The notes under the pieces were generated by a model. That model had not been told where the DNA came from and made no database searches. It saw nothing but the letters and a program-made list of their open reading frames with translations. 64,000 bases of DNA from an uncultured Verrucomicrobiae bacterium. GTDB taxonomy: Bacteria; Verrucomicrobiota; Verrucomicrobiia; Chthoniobacterales; Chthoniobacteraceae. The stretch spans positions 1 through 64,000 of the forward strand of contig CAWHEP010000006.1 in NCBI GenBank assembly GCA_963828525.1, in the 5' to 3' direction. Position numbers and translations under genes: made by a program. Position 1 is the first letter of the stretch; each line of letters opens with the position of its first letter. This document shows positions 32,629 to 42,099 of this stretch, one piece after another.

Positions 32629-33843
32629 ATGAAGCGAGCTGTTCTTCTCTCCGTTTCCTGTTGGATGGCGCTCGCCGCTTTGGCGGAAACACAACCAGCG
32701 ATCATAACATTGCCCCAACTGCCGTCGGCCGCGCAAAAGACCATCCAGTCGCAGGCAAACGGAAGGGCGCTGGCCAAGATCGAGAGGGTCGAAGGGGATG
32801 GCGGCTTCTTCTACGACGTAGAGACGATTGCGGCGGACGGTCAGGAATGGGATTTCACCGTTGCGAATGACGGAACATTAACGAGCCTCGAGGTGCCGCT
32901 CGCTGAGACGCCAGTAGCTGTGCAGACGACCGTCAAGTCGCACGTGGGAGACGGCGAGTTCGATAGCATCGAGAAGACCCTCGACGGCAAGGAAGTCGTT
33001 TATCTGGCCGAGATGACGACGAAGGCGGGTGACGATCGGGAGTTCACTGTGGAAACGGATGGGAGATTGTCGAGCATGGAAGTGGCGCTCGCCGAGTTAC
33101 CCGCCGTAGCGCAAAAGACCGTTACGGCACAGATTGGCGATGGCAGGCTGGAGAGCATCGATAAGGCGTTCGACGGCATGGGAGTCTCCTACGAGGTGTA
33201 TGTGACGACGAAGGCCGGTGAGGACCGGGAGTTCACGGTGGAAACGGACGGGGGATTGTCGAGCATGGAAGTGGCGCTCGCCGAGCTACCCGCAGCGGCG
33301 CAAAAGACGGTCGCGGCACAAGCGGGTGCTGCCAGGCTGGAGGGCATTGAGAAGACGTCAGGTCCGAATGCCACCTACGAGGTCAACGTGACGGTCAAGG
33401 ACGGTCAGAAGCGGAGTTTCAGCGTGGAAGCGGACGGAACATTATCGAGCATGGAGGTGACGCTGGCGGACTTGCCCGTCGCGGCGCAGAAGACCGTGAT
33501 AACTGATTTGCGCGACGGCAGCTTGGACAGCATCGGCAAGTCGTTTGACGACGAGGGAGTTTCCTACGAAGTCGATATTACGACAAAGCCCGGCAAGAAA
33601 TGGAGTTTCACCGTGGACGCCAGCGGCAATTTTCTCAGTTCGGAGGTAACGTTGGAGCAGACGCCGGCGCCGGCGCTTAAAACCATCACGGACAAAATCG
33701 GTGGCGGCAGAATTCTTCGAATCAACCAGTCGTACATAAAGAGGAAAAAGGTCTTACCCTTTGAGGTTGACGGAATAAAGGACGGTCAACCGTGCGACTT
33801 TGCTGTTGGCCCGGGCGGCAGGTTTCTTGGCTGGGATGATTGA
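32629..33843 (+). CDS. Secreted tandem-repeat protein (PepSY/BLIP-like, about 6 repeats of 62-63 aa)
   Basis: Repeated LAELPxxAQKTV...YEV...FTVETDGxLSSMEV; close DNA repeat starting at 33014 and 33203. Confidence 0.8.
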   Translation: MKRAVLLSVSCWMALAALAETQPAIITLPQLPSAAQKTIQSQANGRALAKIERVEGDGGFFYDVETIAADGQEWDFTVANDGTLTSLEVPLAETPVAVQTTVKSHVGDGEFDSIEKTLDGKEVVYLAEMTTKAGDDREFTVETDGRLSSMEVALAELPAVAQKTVTAQIGDGRLESIDKAFDGMGVSYEVYVTTKAGEDREFTVETDGGLSSMEVALAELPAAAQKTVAAQAGAARLEGIEKTSGPNATYEVNVTVKDGQKRSFSVEADGTLSSMEVTLADLPVAAQKTVITDLRDGSLDSIGKSFDDEGVSYEVDITTKPGKKWSFTVDASGNFLSSEVTLEQTPAPALKTITDKIGGGRILRINQSYIKRKKVLPFEVDGIKDGQPCDFAVGPGGRFLGWDD

Positions 33844-34046
33844 CAGAGCGGCACTATAGAGACTCTGTTTCCCGGGGGTTTGGGGCGATGTGACGGTATT
33901 TGTAACAGATCAACCGTCGAAACCCGATCGTTCACAGCATCCTGCTATCAGGCTCGAACCCTGTCACGGGAGCCGTTTGGTTCCAACTGCGTCGGTCTCC
34001 GGCTTTTTTTCCGTGCGTTTCTGCGTCGCATGGAGAAAGTAACGAC

Positions 34047-35126
34047 GTGCAGGATTTTACAGGCGGTTCCCTCAACGCCGCGCCTTCCGTCGCCCGCAGC
34101 TCGACGGGCACCCCGGAATTTGACCAGCGTATTCGCAAGCTGGTGGAAGAGTTCGGTCCCTCCCAGTCGCCCGGGCTCATTGAAGATATGATCGCGACCG
34201 CGTTGAAGCTGGGGCGCGACCAAACCAGCGTAGCTGACCTGAAGCTCTTCAGCCGCTCCCTCCGGGAGCTCCGTTATGCCTCGCGAGTCTTCGCCCCCTT
34301 CAGCCGCACCCCTAAAGTGGTCGTGTTCGGTTCCGCTCGCACGCGCCCGGACGAAGCCGAGTTCCTCGCCGCTGAAAAGTTTGCCCGAATGATGCGCGAA
34401 CGCGGCTACATGATCATAACCGGCGGCGGCGATGGGATCATGGGCGCGGCGCAACGGGGCGCGGGCCGTGAAAATAGCTTCGGCCTCAACATCCGGCTCC
34501 CCTTCGAGCAGCGCGCAAACGAGACCATCGACGGCGACGCAAAGCTCATAAATTTTAACTACTTCTTCACCCGCAAGCTGAACTTTGTGAAGGAAACGCA
34601 CGCTGTTGCTCTTTTCCCCGGAGGGTTTGGCACCATGGACGAAGGGTTTGAAGTCCTTACCCTCATGCAGACTGGCAAGGCGAGGATCATTCCGCTGGTC
34701 ATGGTGGACAAGGTGGGCGGCGGGTATTGGAAGACGTGGTTCAGTTTCCTTGGCGAATACTTGCTCAAACTCGGGCTAGTATCCAAGGATGACTTCGACC
34801 TGTTCAGCATTACCGATAACGTGGAAGCCGCTGTCGATGAGATCGTGCTTTTTTACCGAAACTTTCATTCGTACCGGTGGGTTGGCAGCAAAATGGTTGT
34901 GCGCATCCAGCACCGTCTCTCAAAAGAGGCTGTAGCAGATCTAAACACCAAGTTCCGGGACCTTCTCGAAAGCGGCGAAATCGAGCAAGGAAGCGCCCTC
35001 CCCGAGGAGCGGAACGAGCCGGAGATTGGAAGCCTGCCCCGGCTCATACTCATTCCTAAACGAACCAACTTCGGTCGCATTCGCCGCTTCATTGACGCCG
35101 TCAACATGGCAGAAGTCGAGGGGTAG
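34047..35126 (+). CDS. LOG family nucleotide-monophosphate nucleosidase (TIGR00730-like)
   Basis: VVFGSAR, TGGGDGIMGA, FFTRK, PGGFGTMDE. Confidence 0.9.
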   Translation: MQDFTGGSLNAAPSVARSSTGTPEFDQRIRKLVEEFGPSQSPGLIEDMIATALKLGRDQTSVADLKLFSRSLRELRYASRVFAPFSRTPKVVVFGSARTRPDEAEFLAAEKFARMMRERGYMIITGGGDGIMGAAQRGAGRENSFGLNIRLPFEQRANETIDGDAKLINFNYFFTRKLNFVKETHAVALFPGGFGTMDEGFEVLTLMQTGKARIIPLVMVDKVGGGYWKTWFSFLGEYLLKLGLVSKDDFDLFSITDNVEAAVDEIVLFYRNFHSYRWVGSKMVVRIQHRLSKEAVADLNTKFRDLLESGEIEQGSALPEERNEPEIGSLPRLILIPKRTNFGRIRRFIDAVNMAEVEG

Positions 35127-35192
35127 GAAAGTTGCTTGGTAGTCCCTCCACCTAGCCCGCTCCCCTTGACCGGCGCTGAGCCCCCCGGTGAC

Positions 35193-35714
35193 CTAACAAG
35201 GCTCGCTGAATTTCAGCTCCGGCGGGATTTGGTCATGGCAGTGAAGGGATTTGATAAGCATCTCATCCGTGAACTGGAGCCTTCTGGCCAGTTCCCTGGC
35301 AATGTTCATCATCAACAGGGCGAAAAGAGCGATATCCTCACGGTGCAGCCGGTGCAGCAGCCGTTTGGAAAATACGATGATTTCGCTGTCCTTGATGGCT
35401 ACGGCTGAAATGGTGTGTTGGTGGATGCTCATCAACGCGGCCTGTCCAAAACATTCGCCCGTGCCCAGTCTTTTTTTTTCGATCATCATCTCGTGGTCGG
35501 GAATGAACAGCTCGATGCAGCCGCTCTTGACGATGTAAATGTGGGAGGGCTCGTCACCCTTCTGGAAAACGAACTCTCCTTCTTTGAATCTGCCAATCTC
35601 CAAGCGGCGAAAAATCCCGTCTCGCTGAGCATCGGTGATTCCGCCGAACAGCGAGATTTGAGAGAGGATGGAGAGGACTTCTTCAGGGTTCTCCAACGGA
35701 GCGAGGGAGTTCAT
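35193..35714 (-). CDS. Stand-alone cyclic-nucleotide-binding domain protein
   Basis: GEFVFQKGD...YIVKSG...GECFGQAAL; no HTH evident. Confidence 0.85.
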   Translation of the reverse strand: MNSLAPLENPEEVLSILSQISLFGGITDAQRDGIFRRLEIGRFKEGEFVFQKGDEPSHIYIVKSGCIELFIPDHEMMIEKKRLGTGECFGQAALMSIHQHTISAVAIKDSEIIVFSKRLLHRLHREDIALFALLMMNIARELARRLQFTDEMLIKSLHCHDQIPPELKFSEPC

Positions 35715-35964
35715 CTTGACCGAAACACTCGATGGCTACCCGTCATGGCAAGTTCGACGTCAGGGATGGTTTCATACGTCACATTTTTTTCCGCAGGGAT
35801 CGACCTATCGGTTCACCTGACATGAGAGTTCACGTTTATCAAGTTCACCCAAGGAAGTCAGCCAAATCTATTTTCCTGCCCGCTGCTTGAGTATGCTCTT
35901 AACAGTCACCGGTTTACGCGCGCTTTTTCCTCGCCCGCGCGGAATCCCTTCGTAACATTCCCGA

Positions 35965-36882
35965 ATGTACTGCTCTCCGTGGTTTCACGTCCCTCTAAAG
36001 TTTCGCCTCTCCGTGATGGTCCTCCTGAGTATTTGCCCCTTGCTTGGCAACCGGGCAGCATCGGCAGCAGATCTACTGGTGAAGAGCGGTGACAAGGTGG
36101 CGTTCCTTGGAGATTCCATCACGTCCAACGGAGCCGTTCCACCCGGAGGCTATGTTCGGCTGGTGGAATCAGGACTGGCCCAACAGGGCGTCAAGATCGA
36201 GGTCATTGCAGCAGGGGTCAGCGGCAACACGTCAAAGGATATGCTCGCCCGCCTCGAACGCGACGTCCTGGCCAAGAAGCCGACCTTGATGACACTTAGC
36301 TGTGGGGTCAACGATGTCTGGCATGGACCGACCGGCGTCGCTCTGGAGATATACAAACAAAACATCCGCGCCATAGTGGATCGCGCCCAAGCAGCCAGCA
36401 TTAAAGTGGTGATCCTCACGGCCACCATGATCTCGGAGGATCCAGCGGCTGCGAATAACCAGAAGCTGGAGGCTTACAACGACTTCCTGCGCGCTTTGGC
36501 GAAGGAAAAGGACTTGCCGCTGGCGGATCTGAACGCCGACGAACAAGCCGAACTCAAGCGACTGGCTGCCGAAAAGCCCGTGAAGGGCAATATACTGACG
36601 GCGGACGGCGTGCATCCAAACGCGTTGGGCGATGAAATGATGGCCACAGGCATCCTCAAGGCGTTCGGTCTGAGCGACAAGCAACTCCTCCAACAGCGCG
36701 CAACCTGGCTGGATCTCGGCAACGCCGCTCAGGTGAAAGTGGCGGTGAAGATGACGCCTCGACAGTTCCGCGCCCTCCAGCTTCTCGCCGCTGAGGCCGA
36801 CCTGCCCATGGATAGGTTTCTTAGTGAGAAGTTCGACCGCATGATGCCAGAGATCGGAATAGGATCTCCCCATACGCACTAG
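35965..36882 (+). CDS. SGNH/GDSL hydrolase
   Basis: FLGDSIT, GVSGN, GVND, DGVHP. Confidence 0.92.
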   Translation: MYCSPWFHVPLKFRLSVMVLLSICPLLGNRAASAADLLVKSGDKVAFLGDSITSNGAVPPGGYVRLVESGLAQQGVKIEVIAAGVSGNTSKDMLARLERDVLAKKPTLMTLSCGVNDVWHGPTGVALEIYKQNIRAIVDRAQAASIKVVILTATMISEDPAAANNQKLEAYNDFLRALAKEKDLPLADLNADEQAELKRLAAEKPVKGNILTADGVHPNALGDEMMATGILKAFGLSDKQLLQQRATWLDLGNAAQVKVAVKMTPRQFRALQLLAAEADLPMDRFLSEKFDRMMPEIGIGSPHTH

Positions 36883-37048
36883 AAAGCTCCTCAACCAAAG
36901 AGTGCATGGTGAACTGAGGCCGCTGTTTGTTGTGGCAAGCACAAACCGTCATGAACCGTAGCAGCTAATGGTCCTGCGATCAGCGTGACCTTCCGAGAGC
37001 GACTCGTAGCGCAAAAGTGACTTCTCACCACCCATGAGATAACCATGC

Positions 37049-38298
37049 GTGAGCCAAATGAAAATCGTTCTCATGGTCATCGCCGTCTGCGCCGTCCCTT
37101 CCATCCTGACGGCCGCGCCATCGGCTCCTGCCTCCACGCCGAAACCGGCGAGCTTCGGACAGGCGCAGTCCGGACTGTCTTCGGATGGTTCTTCTAAGAA
37201 AGGCGCTCGGATCGCGCCCATTGACCCTGTCGCAACCAACGCTTCGCCACCCGCCGTTTCAAGCCCAGCCCCTATCGGCTCTCCACCCGTCCAACAAGCG
37301 CCCCGCTCGACGGCTGACATTGTGCAAGCTTCCGGCGACAGCTTGTTTCTCGTGGAAGGAAACGAGGGGCTCGCCAGCGGTTTCGTCGCGACTCTTCACG
37401 GGCAGAAGCTGGCGATCTCGAACATCCATGTGTTCGCGGGCAACGCGAATCCCCGGTTGACTTTGCTTGACCGCAAACCAATGCAGTTAGCCGGTGCGGC
37501 CGCCGCGGTCGGTGAAGACATCATGGCGGTCGGAGTCACGTCCGGCGGCACGGCGATGGATTGCGCCGAGGCGGTCGATAATTAGCGAGGATCGGCGACC
37601 AAGTGGTTGTTCTGGGAAATGAACAGGGCGCGGGGGTGGTGCATCCCATTGAGGGAAAGATCGTCGGTCTGGGGCCAAATCTGGTGGAAATCGACGCCGA
37701 GTTCCAGCCGGGCAACAGCGGCAGCCCGATCATCCATAAGGCAAGCGGCAAAGTGATCGGGGTCGCCACCTACCTGGTCATCGAGCAAGCGACGCCATTT
37801 TCCTCCACAGCTGGCGAGGAAGGTAAAAAGAAACAGGAAAAAGGCGGAAATGACAACAATCAAGGAGGAGAAGTGCGCCGCTTCGGCTACCGGCTCGACA
37901 GCATAGAAAAATGGCAGTCGGTAAACTGGCAGCGGTTCAACGCGGAGGCGGCTACTATGGAGAAGATCAAGACGCTGACGACCGACCTGATCGACGTTAT
38001 CCATGACATCAATGTTCACAACGGGCGCATCACGGTCGCGGCGCACCAGAATCCCGCGCTCGCCGCTGACGTCGAAAGGCTCGCCGAGGCGGAACACAAC
38101 AAGAGAATGAGCCGCTCCGATTTCATGGAGGTCGCGCAGAGCTTTATGCTTACGATGCGCTACCTCTGCCGAGCGGATGACGCGGCCGGCTTGCGGTTGA
38201 CGTATGACTATTTTCGGCGCGAGTTCGATGAAGAAAAACCGGCGCGCGAAGGGCTGTATAAGGATTTCGATCAAGCGGTAAATACGCTTCGTAACTGA
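37049..38298 (+). CDS. Secreted trypsin-like serine protease (frameshift ~37583)
   Basis: Triad motifs SNIHV, EDI and GNSGSP split over ORFs 37049-37585 and 37603-38298. Confidence 0.8.
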
Positions 38299-38450
38299 AG
38301 TGGGCTTACCTTGTTGAATTGTTGACGGGCTTCATCTCATGCCGTCGCGCTCGGCAATCGACGATATCGCGAACCGCCGCCTCCTCAATTTCGAGGTAAA
38401 TAACCGATGCCTGGTTCACTCTGGGGCCTTTGCGTCGGCGCGGTTCAAGA

Positions 38451-38508
38451 TGCCGATGGCGGGACTCGAACCCGCACTCCGCTTTCGCGAAAACGGATTT
38501 TAAGTCCG
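38451..38508 (-). repeat. att core: duplicated 3' 58 nt of tRNA-Leu
   Basis: TGCCGATGGCGGGACTCGAACCCGCACTCCGCTTTCGCGAAAACGGATTTTAAGTCCG, identical to 43380-43437. Confidence 0.95.
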
Positions 38509-38586
38509 CCGCCCTACAGAGAAGAAGCTGTCATATTGCTTTTTTGTTGCTCTTTTTAGAGCCGTGCGAGCCGCCGTCACTTTCAC

Positions 38587-39264
38587 TTAGGTGACCACTA
38601 CCATCTGACGATTGGCTCGTCCTGCGGCTAAAAATCCGTCGATGATGAAGATTGGATAGAGAAAAACGGCGGCGATGCCTGCGGTCGCGGTGACGAGCGC
38701 GACGGTCAGCACCAGGACAAAGCACCCGAGTAAGATGCGTCCGCAATACATGTAACCGAGTCCTGGAATAAGGAGATTGAGGAAAGCAGCCACTAAGCCA
38801 CTTTTGCGATTGCCAATCACGACCACGGATGGGCGCGAGTTGGAGGCGGCTGCCGAAGACGCCGCACCGCCTGCGTTCATAAAAACCATTGGGGTTGCGT
38901 TGGCTCGCTTCGCTTCTTCGGCGGCTCGTAGAGCAACATCAAGAATCTCTCCGCAATGCTTGCACTTCTTGGCGCTAACGGAAATGTCCTCCGCGCAAAA
39001 GGGACATTTCTGGGTAGCGGCGGCGACCGGTGTTGAGGTCTCATAGACTTGCTGGATCCGCGACAACGCTGTCAAGGGGACAAGGCTTCTCGAAGGTGGA
39101 GCGGGGAGAGGGGCTATCGACCGATAGGGTCGCCAATCTGTGTCGCCTTCTGGAAAAATGTTGGTGTCCTCCGTGATAGTTCCGCTCCGATAGAGCGCGT
39201 GAAGCTCATCATCGGTTATTGGCCCTATGACTTGGTTTTCGGAATCTGCGTAGTGATAGTTCAT
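38587..39264 (-). CDS. GYF_2 (DUF4339) + zinc ribbon + TM2-like membrane protein
   Basis: GPITDDELHALYRSGTI...W; CPFCAE...CKHCG; KSGLVAAFLNLLIPGLGYMYCG. Confidence 0.82.
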   Translation of the reverse strand: MNYHYADSENQVIGPITDDELHALYRSGTITEDTNIFPEGDTDWRPYRSIAPLPAPPSRSLVPLTALSRIQQVYETSTPVAAATQKCPFCAEDISVSAKKCKHCGEILDVALRAAEEAKRANATPMVFMNAGGAASSAAASNSRPSVVVIGNRKSGLVAAFLNLLIPGLGYMYCGRILLGCFVLVLTVALVTATAGIAAVFLYPIFIIDGFLAAGRANRQMVVVT

Positions 39265-39349
39265 TGGCGCGGAGTATCTGAATTTCGAGTGCGTTCGGGA
39301 TCTAAACAACAGGAAAGTGGAAAGCCTGACTGTACCTGAATTGGAAAGG

Positions 39350-39930
39350 TTAAGTATCATTCGTCAGTTGACTCAAGCTTCTCTGCTTCCTTGTCCGGAT
39401 GTGCGAGCTCGATCTCCTTCCGTAAGTCGTCCAGATACAGAATCGATGCAGATGACCTGCTGCGAGGTCAGCAGCCAAGCTGTGCCGGAAAGATACAATC
39501 TCGACTCGCAGTCCTTGGTTCTTAACGGCACGAACCGTCTCAAGATAGTCCTTGTCGCCTGATAGCAAAATAGCGGTGTCAAATGCTCTGTGTATCGCGT
39601 GGGTAAGCATCCTCGTAGCGATGGCGACATCAACACCCTTCTCGGCTTTTAGGTGTGCGTCTTATTGCAATTACGGCAACGGAAGGTCTTCTGACCGAGT
39701 GGAAGAGTACCGTCTCCCACCGTAAGGTCTCCTTGAGCATTTGGTAAAATGCTGTCTGCGTGTATCGTGGAGGGTCTGTTACGCGGCAAAAAAATGCGTT
39801 TGCCAAATCTCGCCGTCTTGCGCGAGGCGGAACATCAGTTTCTCGGCGTCGATTCGCCAGCCCACGCTTTCTGGCCGCGAAATATGTTTGAGTTGTCGAA
39901 ATAAACGATGGTTCTTCCGCGATTCGTCAT
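39350..39930 (-). pseudogene. NYN/LabA (PIN-fold) domain protein with several frameshifts
   Basis: Pieces read MTNRGRTIVYFDNSNIF, GWRIDAEKL, CRNC, EKGVDVAIA, AILLSGDKDY; 3' end approximate. Confidence 0.8.
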
Positions 39931-40170
39931 ACGTTTTGTTGAATTTCAAAATTTGATCGGAAGCAAACACGGTGTCGAGCGCAATTTCTCGATTTACGCC
40001 GCCGCCGCGTTGTCCCTGCTTTCTCGCACGACCGTGGCAAATCCCACCTCCTGAACTTTCCGCCTCTTGCCGTGTATCGCGCTTTGGCCCGCTTCCATTT
40101 GGAACAAGGGCGTTCGCCGCCGCGCCCTTGTAAATCCCCAGGCTCGGGAGGAACTTGCTCGCCTCCACAG

Positions 40171-40817
40171 TCAAAAAGGCGCCACTCGGGAAGAGTATTC
40201 GAATTCGAGTTCCTCCTCGGCGCACATCCAATACGGCTTGTCACACGGCCCGAGACCACCCCGCCAGCCCTGCTCAATCGTGAGGAATAGCATCCGCCGG
40301 ACAAAATCCATCCGTTGCAGGAAATTCTCCCTGCCAGTCCATTCCTTCCACTCCTTGCAGGCGTGGTAAATCTTGCTGAACAGGGATTCCTTGACGACAT
40401 CCTTGACTTTTGTCGGATTCCAATCCTTTCCGAATGCGGCCATAGCCGCCAGCGGTTAAAGCACGGAGGGCGCTCCTTCGATAGGTATTTTCCAACATAC
40501 GCCGCGTGTTCAGGCGGCATCCGCATGACGTGAATCCGGCCCCAGCCCGCTTTCACCGCCAGTTCCCGCGCTGTATTCACGTTGATGAACCGATTTGTCA
40601 GAAGGTGGACATGGAGGCCGTGTTCCTCGTGGAGCTCGAAGACGCGAACGCCCTGCAACGCGGGCCAGGTCCGAAGCATGAGAGTCAGGAGGTAGTTCCA
40701 TTTCTTTCGGGTTTCCTTGACGCTCAGCAGGTCTTTGAACGTGAACGTCCACATGAAGAGCTTTTGCTTTCCAAGTGTCCCGGCTGTGAAGAGGAATGCG
40801 GCTTTGCTTTTGGTCAT
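40171..40817 (-). CDS. HUH-family rolling-circle replication initiator (frameshift ~40443)
   Basis: Motif I WTFTF, motif II LHVHLL, motif III YVGKYLSK; C-terminus continues in ORF 40171-40443; ~215 aa. Confidence 0.85.
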
Positions 40818-40859
40818 GGGATGAACGGGGGTTGTGGAGTTGTTTCCTAGTAAACAAGG

Positions 40860-41262
40860 TTAAGGCGGCGGGCCTATGTGCGCGCCTCCGGCGCGCACAT
40901 AGGCCCCGCGCTTCCCTTTCGACTTCGACCAATTCCGGCCCTTGGTCTCCCATCGAGCAAATCACCTGGCCCCTATCGTTCTTCAAACTCGACAGGAAGA
41001 ACACGTACAGCCTGCCTTTCAAATAATGGAACATGGCTTCTTCGGGCGTCTCGATGATCTCCGGCCAACGTTCATAGATGATCGCCCGATCCAGATTCCC
41101 TCGGCAGGCACATTCGAGGAGGTGGAGCGCCCGCACGTAATGGATGGCTTGCCCCGTCTTTCTGTCAACGTATCCGGTCTTCTCCGCCTGTGACCCCCGA
41201 TACTCGCCTACGATCAGCAAACGGCCTCGCAAGACCTCGCGCAGAAGTTCGAGCGGCTTCAC
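40860..41262 (-). CDS. Hypothetical beta-rich protein, putative ssDNA-binding protein
   Basis: GGAGG RBS and GTG at 41262; GYVDRKTGQAIHY hairpin-like segment; lies between xis and rep; end inferred by removing one C from the run at 40904-40907. Confidence 0.55.
40870..40906. other. Perfect 17-bp hairpin upstream of rep (candidate double-strand origin)
   Basis: GGGCCTATGTGCGCGCC-TCC-GGCGCGCACATAGGCCC. Confidence 0.7.
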
Positions 41263-41270
41263 CGTCCCTC

Positions 41271-41466
41271 CTAGCCAACGGCCTTGTGTTCGAATTTTGC
41301 CAAAGCCTGCTCCACCGCCGGCCAGTAAAAGCGAACCGTGCGATGCCCGAGCGCGAAGAAAGGAATCTTGCGGGCGCGCAATCAATTCCTCGACACCGCG
41401 CTTGGTCATGCCAAGTGCCGCGGCCACGTCCCCTTTCGTTAAATACCGTTTCGCCTCTTCTTTCAT
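41271..41466 (-). CDS. Excisionase-like HTH protein (frameshift ~41372)
   Basis: Corrected MKEEAKRYLTKGDVAAALGMTKRGVEELIARRKIPFFALGHRTVRFYWPAVEQALAKFEHKAVG. Confidence 0.8.
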
Positions 41467-41626
41467 GCGCACGCGATCTATAGCATGCGTTTTTGAAGAA
41501 ACGGTTCAGACCGTTAAACGGTTTACGTCAGGATGGGACAGGGGATGACACCCGATGACCAGGGAGGACAGAAATAATCAAAATTATTTCTTGACGGTTT
41601 TCGGTCTTTTCCGAAACAGGCCACGT

Positions 41627-41839
41627 TTAGAGCAAGTCCCGAAATTGCTCTGGCGTGAGTCCCGCAGCTTTTGCGATGGTTCCCATGGTGACGGCATTGA
41701 TGGGATTATGGCGGGGAATCACGAGGCGAACCTTGCCATTGGACATTACGATGTGCCCGCTTTCACGGGCAATCCGGTAGCCAAGTTTGGAGAAAACGCG
41801 CACGGCGTTTTTCTGGCTGACGCCCGGAATTTTAGGCAT
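41627..41839 (-). CDS. hicA: HicA family mRNA interferase toxin
   Basis: LGYRIARESGHIVM...VIPRH...IAKAAGLTPEQF. Confidence 0.9.
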   Translation of the reverse strand: MPKIPGVSQKNAVRVFSKLGYRIARESGHIVMSNGKVRLVIPRHNPINAVTMGTIAKAAGLTPEQFRDLL

Positions 41840-41843
41840 TGCC

Positions 41844-42059
41844 CTAGACCGTCACCACTTCACGAGAGAAATGAACGCCCTCGGCTTCCGTCTCGCGAAG
41901 GATGTCCTCCTCCTGCACTTCAAGCCACAGGGCAATCGCCTCGCGAATGTTTGCCAGAGCCTCCTCGCGCGTTGAACCTTGCGACCAGCAGCCAGGAAGC
42001 GCCGGGCATCCCACGGCAAAGCCTTCCTCGCTTTCGATCAACACGACGGGGTAAGTCAT
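41844..42059 (-). CDS. hicB: HicB family antitoxin (short form)
   Basis: YPVVLIESEEGFAVGCPALPGCWSQGSTREEALANIREAI. Confidence 0.92.
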   Translation of the reverse strand: MTYPVVLIESEEGFAVGCPALPGCWSQGSTREEALANIREAIALWLEVQEEDILRETEAEGVHFSREVVTV

Positions 42060-42099
42060 ACGCGCAATCTACTGTATCACCGAGGATGAGCAATTGCTT

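Noticed and set aside
32291..32692. Asp/Gly-rich minus-strand ORF
   Set aside because: Antisense shadow of the His-rich peptide, which has a proper signal peptide and matches the orientation of the next gene
38451..38508. Second tRNA-Leu gene
   Set aside because: Lacks the 5' acceptor strand and D arm; it is the att duplication
40510..41472. Single 320-aa protein
   Set aside because: Likely an indel-made fusion of xis, the SSB-like gene and an off-frame overlap of rep; an internal RBS and GTG lie at 41262
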